In this document: positions 36,954-41,710 of the stretch, piece by piece | How the letters are laid out: every line of letters starts with the position of its first letter | Numbering within the stretch: the stretch's first letter is position 1 | Origin: Candidatus Velthaea sp. | GTDB lineage: Bacteria > Vulcanimicrobiota > Vulcanimicrobiia > Vulcanimicrobiales > Vulcanimicrobiaceae | Assembly (NCBI GenBank): GCA_050012475.1 | Contig: JBEKHC010000055.1 | Coordinates: 1-41,710, forward strand | Length of the DNA: 41,710 nt | Reading direction: 5' to 3' | The notes under the pieces: generated by a model | Told to the model about the DNA's origin: nothing | What the model saw: only the letters and a program-made list of their open reading frames with translations | Database searches by the model: none | Made by a program: the position numbers and the translations under genes

Positions 36954-39746
36954 CTACTGTTCGCGCAGAATCAAACCGTGGGGCAACGATTCACCGAACA
37001 AACTGATCCGTTCCGCGCGTTCCATCGGAACGTATTCTCGCAACGGGATCGTTTTTGCCGGCGGGACGCCCGAGCGTTCGAGCCGATCGGCGATCCGGTT
37101 GCGCACTGATTTGGGCACGTCGAGACTGCGATTGTTGATCAATCGCGCAGCGCGCAAAAAGAGCGTTTGCAGCTCTTTGAGTTTGGGTCCGTCCCACTCG
37201 AGCCGCGCGAAGGCCTCGAACGCCCGTGCCACCAGCTCCGGCGCCACCACGGTTTCCGGCCCGGCGTACAGCGGCGTCCGGTTGAGCAAGAGCGCGAGCG
37301 CAGCAAGATAATGCGCGTAGTGCTTGTTTCCCGCGGCGTGCGCCGACGCCGCGTCGATGAAGCCTTCGACCAGCCCGGTTTTCATCTCCGGACCGATGCG
37401 TTCGAGTGAACCGGCGAGCAGCACGAGCTCCGGCGAAGGGTTCGGCTGGCGGCACAGCGCGTCCAGATGCGGTGCGACGATACTTTCCTGGCGTTCGCGC
37501 GACAGACCGCCGCCCACGCGGCGCCACAAGATGTGCTCCTGGATCTCGAGCGCTTTGCTGCGAAAGGCCAGCCCCGTTTCACGCAACGTCCACAGCCGAT
37601 CGATCCGGGCCTCGTCGAGCGCCGCGCCGAAGCCGGGGCGCAACAGAAATCCGGCCAGAATGAGCCACGCCTCCTCGTGCTCCAGCGACGTTCGGCGGCT
37701 GGTCATGCATGCGTCCAGCGTCGACCACAGCGCGCGGACCAGCAGCACGTTCCACTCGCTCTTGGGCATGCCCAGCAGCAGTTCCAAACTCTTGATCAGC
37801 CGGCTCGCGGTCAGCTTGTCGCGTCTGTTGAGCGGTTGGCCGAACATGGCGGCGATTCGGCCGCGCGCGGCATCGAGCGCCGCCGGCGCGGCATTGGGTC
37901 CAGACTCGGCCGGTGTCGCGGACGGCTGCGAGCGGCCCGGCTCGCCGCCCGCGCCGGCTTCACTCGGGCGAAGATTGAACTCCAGCGGCCAGTTTCCGCG
38001 AATCTGGGGATCCGTGCTGCGGCAGGCGAGTTCGAGCAGCCCGAGTTCGTTGAGCTTGGCGTTCAAGCGAACCGGGACCGCCTGGCTCTCCGCTGCATGG
38101 TCGGCGCCGGCGGCTCGCGCGACGGTCTCCAGCGGCGGTAACGCTTGAAAGTCACGATCGTTCCAGGCCACGACGTCGCCGGCCTCATTCGCGCCGTGCC
38201 GCGTCGAGTAGTAGGTCCGGAATTGCACGGGCCGATTGATGCGCAGTTCCAGCGCCAGATCGGCGATCTCGTAGCGGCGTTCCGTCGGCGCGTTGCGCGG
38301 CAGGATGCAGACCAGCGGCGGACCCTCGGCTGCCTCGCCGGAGAGCGACGCGCGATGCGCCTCGAGAAAGATTGCGCGCGCGCTGCCGGCCGCGATCCGT
38401 TCGCCGCCGCGCCCGAGCGCGCCGAAGCACGCGGCGCCGCGGGCAACCGCGAGATCCAGTTCGAGATTGTCCAGCATGGGCGGCGGCGGGCGATTCTGCC
38501 AGCTTCCGATTTGGCGGCACAGCCGCTCGCGCAGGACCAGTGGAGCGAGGGCGCCGCCGTTGAACAGCACGGCGTCGACCGCCGGCCGGTCGCGCAGAAA
38601 CGCGGCGAGATGCCGGGTCACCGCAGGATCCGCCGCGTAAGGAAGCCCCCATTCACCGAGCGCTGCTTTCTTTTGCAGCGGACGTTCGTCGGCGTAGCAG
38701 TCGGGAAAGAATCCGTCGATGATCGCCGCTTCGATCTCCGCGCGCGTCAGTTGCGCCGAGCGCGCGCCGGCGATGAGGCTCGAACCGCGTCCGGCCAACA
38801 CGATGGGAAACGTCTGGCCGGGCGGACCCGCGTGCGACAGAGCCGATTCTTTCGCGTCGCGGCAGCGGGCGACGAGCGCGGCGAATTGTCCGCCGGACAG
38901 CCGTTCGCCGGCATCGACGAATTGCGGTTCGAGCCGATGGGCGAGCGCGAGGTCCATGTTGTCGCCGCCGAGCAGGATGTGATCGCTCACCGCGATGCGC
39001 GTGATCCGCGGGCTGCTGCCGTCCGCGCCCGGCGCGTCGAACGCGAACAGACTGAAGTCCGACGTGCCGCCGCCGATGTCGACGACGAGGACATGTCCGG
39101 GCTGGTCGAAGTGCGCGCGTGCCGCTCCGGCGTGTTCGAGCCAACGGTAAAACGCCGCCTGCGGTTCTTCGAGCAGGCGAACCGTCTCGGGAAAGCCGGC
39201 CTCGGCTGCCGCGGCGAGCGTCAGACGCTGCGCGACCGCGTCGAACGACGCCGGAACGGTGATCGTGACGATCTGGTTATCGAAGGCGAAATCGGCCCCG
39301 GCGGGCGCGAATCGCTCGTTCCACGCGGCCCGCAGATGCTGCAGGATCAGCGCGGAAGCGCCGACGGGCGAGAGTTTGTTTTCGCGAGCGATGTCGCCCG
39401 AACCCCAAGGCAGAATCGGCGCCGAGCGATCGACGGCGTGATGGCAGAGCCACGACTTGGCCGAATGCGCGACGCGTTCGGGGCGCTCGGCGGATCTCGT
39501 TCGCGCCAATCGGCCGATCACCCAACGCTCGCCGTCCGTCGGCGCGCCCGCGAACGCGCCGGCCTCTTCGTCGTCGGGAAGATACAGAAACGACGGCAGC
39601 GTCGCTGCTTCGACGACGACGTGCGACGACTCGCGTTGCGGGATCGGCACCACGTCGGAGCCGGCGTCGCGATCGAGCGCAACGCACGCCAGGGCACAGT
39701 TGGTCGTGCCGAGGTCGATGCCGACGCTGAACCGCGCGCGCGTCAC
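36954..39746 (-). CDS. Atypical Hsp70-family protein with C-terminal DUF3731-type helical domain
   Basis: GIDLGTTN, TVPASFD, LEEPQAAF, DIGGGTSDFS, LLGGDNMD, then WLILAGFLLRPGFG...ISLFGESLPHGL. GTG overlaps the upstream TGA. Confidence 0.9.
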   Translation of the reverse strand: MTRARFSVGIDLGTTNCALACVALDRDAGSDVVPIPQRESSHVVVEAATLPSFLYLPDDEEAGAFAGAPTDGERWVIGRLARTRSAERPERVAHSAKSWLCHHAVDRSAPILPWGSGDIARENKLSPVGASALILQHLRAAWNERFAPAGADFAFDNQIVTITVPASFDAVAQRLTLAAAAEAGFPETVRLLEEPQAAFYRWLEHAGAARAHFDQPGHVLVVDIGGGTSDFSLFAFDAPGADGSSPRITRIAVSDHILLGGDNMDLALAHRLEPQFVDAGERLSGGQFAALVARCRDAKESALSHAGPPGQTFPIVLAGRGSSLIAGARSAQLTRAEIEAAIIDGFFPDCYADERPLQKKAALGEWGLPYAADPAVTRHLAAFLRDRPAVDAVLFNGGALAPLVLRERLCRQIGSWQNRPPPPMLDNLELDLAVARGAACFGALGRGGERIAAGSARAIFLEAHRASLSGEAAEGPPLVCILPRNAPTERRYEIADLALELRINRPVQFRTYYSTRHGANEAGDVVAWNDRDFQALPPLETVARAAGADHAAESQAVPVRLNAKLNELGLLELACRSTDPQIRGNWPLEFNLRPSEAGAGGEPGRSQPSATPAESGPNAAPAALDAARGRIAAMFGQPLNRRDKLTASRLIKSLELLLGMPKSEWNVLLVRALWSTLDACMTSRRTSLEHEEAWLILAGFLLRPGFGAALDEARIDRLWTLRETGLAFRSKALEIQEHILWRRVGGGLSRERQESIVAPHLDALCRQPNPSPELVLLAGSLERIGPEMKTGLVEGFIDAASAHAAGNKHYAHYLAALALLLNRTPLYAGPETVVAPELVARAFEAFARLEWDGPKLKELQTLFLRAARLINNRSLDVPKSVRNRIADRLERSGVPPAKTIPLREYVPMERAERISLFGESLPHGLILREQ

Positions 39747-41581
39747 TCCGTTCGAACGGCGAACTCGACTTTCCAGCGCCGATCGGAGTTCGTGTGCTTC
39801 ATCCACAATTCGAGCGTCCCGAGTTCGGTGACGACCGCATTGATGTGGACCGGGACAGCCTGACCTGCCGGAAATCCGTCGACCGGCGGAAGGTCGACTT
39901 GCAGCAGACCCGTCTCTTCGAGTTCGCGCTCCGCATCGGGCAGAATTTGTCCCGGCTGGTCGCCGCTGCGCGTTTCGGAAGAAAAGAACCGGAAATCCGC
40001 CAGGTGCCCGGTCATCAAGCCGAATTCGCGCCCCTCGATGAGCAGCTCCGACCCTTCTTCCATCGCCTGCGGAACGACGCACAGCGCTTTGACCGGCGGC
40101 CTGAATCCGGGCACCGCGGGCATCGACGTTTCCAAGCCGATGTAGTACGAACGCGCGGTTCCGGCCTTGATGCGCGTGCCTTTCCCGGTGACGCGATTGC
40201 GGCCGTACAGCGCGGCGCCCTTGGCCACCGCGAGGTCGAGCTGCGCGCCTTCGAGTTCACGCACCGGACCGTTCGTCCACGACGCCAACAGATCGCGCAC
40301 GCGCGCGCGCAGCGGCGCGGCGTTGAACACGCCGCCGTTGAACAGCACGGCCGTCGGCGCGAGCAGGGTTTGCGCTTCGGCGCGCGCGCCGACCAGCCGC
40401 GCGAGCGAATCGCTGGCCTTTACGTTGGCCAGGCTGCGCACCAAAAACCGCGCCAGATGTTTGCTGATCGCTGCGTCCGCGGCGTACGGCAGACCGAACT
40501 CGCGCAGTCCGGCGCCGCGCGACTCTTGGGGCAGATCGCCGGCGCCGGTGAGCGGGAAGAAACCGTCGAGCACGACGCGTTCGAGCGTCGCGCGCTCGAG
40601 CGTCGTCGACACCGCGCGCGCGAACAGACTCGATCCGCGCGACGGCACGGCAATCGGCACATCAGTCAACGCCGGATCGCCGAAGAGCGCGATCTTCGCG
40701 CGCGCGGCGGCGTGCACGAGCGCGAGCAATTGCCACGCATCGATGCTTTTCCCGTCGGCTTCCAGCTGCGCTTTGAGCGTGTAGGCCAGCGCCAGATCCA
40801 TGTTGTCGCCGCCGAGCAAGATATGCTCGCCGACGCTGATGCGTTCCAACTGCAGCGCGCCGTCGATTTCGGTGACGGCGATCAGACTGAAATCCGCGGT
40901 GCCGCCGCCGATATCGCAGACCAGCACGACGTCGCCGGGTCCGACTTGCGTGCGCCATTCACGCGCCGCTTGCGAGATCCAAGCGTAGAACGCTGCTTGC
41001 GGTTCTTCGAGCAGAACGACCGCGCCGAGTCCGGCGGCCTCGGCGGCTTGCGCCGTGAGATTGCGCGCCACTTCGTCGAACGAGGCGGGCACGGCGAGCA
41101 CGACCGTGCCGTCGGACAAACTCCGTTCTCGGCCGTGCACGCGTTCGGCGTAAAGAAACCCGTCCTTCAAATGTTCCAAATAGCGGCGCGAGCATTCGAA
41201 CGGAGACAGCTTTTGCTCTTCGATATCCGAATTCCAAGGCAGCACTTGCCGGCGCGCATCGATGTGCGGATTCGAAAGCCACGACTTGGCCGAGGTTACG
41301 AGCCGGTCGGGAACGAGCGCGCCGTGGTCGCGCGCGAATTGCCCGACGATCGCGTGGTCGTCGGTCGGCGTGGCCCACGGCAACCGCAGCGCCTCTGCCG
41401 GAAACTCGTCGGGGTGCGGGATGTAGAGCGCGGACGGCAGCGTCGGCTGTTCGCCGATTTGGTTCGGCGAGAGAATTTGGGTGACGTCGACGATCTCGGT
41501 GCGGTCGTTTTCGAGATCGGTGACCGCGATCGCGCTGTTGGTGGTTCCGAGATCGATGCCGAAACTGAATCGTGCGCTTAT
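39743..41581 (-). CDS. Atypical Hsp70-family protein (probable ATA start)
   Basis: The frame is open 66 codons upstream of the ORF-track TTG and includes FSFGIDLGTTNS. Also VPASFDE, EEPQAAF, DIGGGTADFS, ending WKVEFAVR. Confidence 0.9.
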   Translation of the reverse strand: MSARFSFGIDLGTTNSAIAVTDLENDRTEIVDVTQILSPNQIGEQPTLPSALYIPHPDEFPAEALRLPWATPTDDHAIVGQFARDHGALVPDRLVTSAKSWLSNPHIDARRQVLPWNSDIEEQKLSPFECSRRYLEHLKDGFLYAERVHGRERSLSDGTVVLAVPASFDEVARNLTAQAAEAAGLGAVVLLEEPQAAFYAWISQAAREWRTQVGPGDVVLVCDIGGGTADFSLIAVTEIDGALQLERISVGEHILLGGDNMDLALAYTLKAQLEADGKSIDAWQLLALVHAAARAKIALFGDPALTDVPIAVPSRGSSLFARAVSTTLERATLERVVLDGFFPLTGAGDLPQESRGAGLREFGLPYAADAAISKHLARFLVRSLANVKASDSLARLVGARAEAQTLLAPTAVLFNGGVFNAAPLRARVRDLLASWTNGPVRELEGAQLDLAVAKGAALYGRNRVTGKGTRIKAGTARSYYIGLETSMPAVPGFRPPVKALCVVPQAMEEGSELLIEGREFGLMTGHLADFRFFSSETRSGDQPGQILPDAERELEETGLLQVDLPPVDGFPAGQAVPVHINAVVTELGTLELWMKHTNSDRRWKVEFAVRTE

Positions 41582-41710
41582 TGGAGTTCGACCTCAGCGG
41601 GAGCGATGGTCGGCAGTTCGCTGCCGGCGCGGGGGAGAACGCGCGGGAGCTTCACCGACGCGGTCTTCCAACCGCGATGCATGAGCGTTCCCGAAAACGG
41701 CGCGCGGCCG
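41578..41710 (-). CDS. DUF2760 domain protein, C-terminal end (runs off the window)
   Basis: GRAPFSGTLMHRGWKTASVKLP...IAPAEVELQ-TAA, the C-terminus typical of DUF2760 proteins that precede such Hsp70 pairs. Confidence 0.75.
   Translation of the reverse strand, partial: GRAPFSGTLMHRGWKTASVKLPRVLPRAGSELPTIAPAEVELQ

Noticed and set aside
1..41710. CRISPR arrays, tRNA/rRNA, IS elements, integrases
   Set aside because: No regularly spaced repeats, RNA gene signatures or transposase/integrase motifs were seen by eye. A covariance-model scan was not possible.

Overview
GC-rich bacterial chromosomal window with about 33 protein-coding genes. I found no rRNA, tRNA, CRISPR array or recognisable mobile element. 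The style of the secreted hypothetical proteins is suggestive of a soil lineage such as Ca. Eremiobacterota, but that is an inference and was not tested. Recognisable genes are: a phosphoribosyltransferase, a tandem USP, a DMT transporter, iolG, an acyltransferase-3, a stand-alone glgA, a DUF427 protein, an acylphosphatase, two MFS transporters, an MCP-PilZ chemoreceptor, a transglutaminase/DUF2126 + circularly permuted ATP-grasp/alpha-E + transglutaminase operon, an acyl-CoA thioesterase, a Mug glycosylase, an S53 peptidase, a deoR(nonsense)-deoC-ALDH16 operon, a methyltransferase, a GNAT-like protein, an SDR and a DUF2760-Hsp70-Hsp70/DUF3731 operon. The most notable observation is that otherwise intact genes lack any ATG/GTG/TTG upstream of their conserved N-terminal motif. 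They instead have a near-cognate codon at or near the upstream stop: ATAA for an Hsp70, GTAA or TAACG for mug, and possibly ATT for an MFS. This points to non-canonical coupled initiation. Several lesions are also visible (a nonsense codon, frameshifts and a gene stub).
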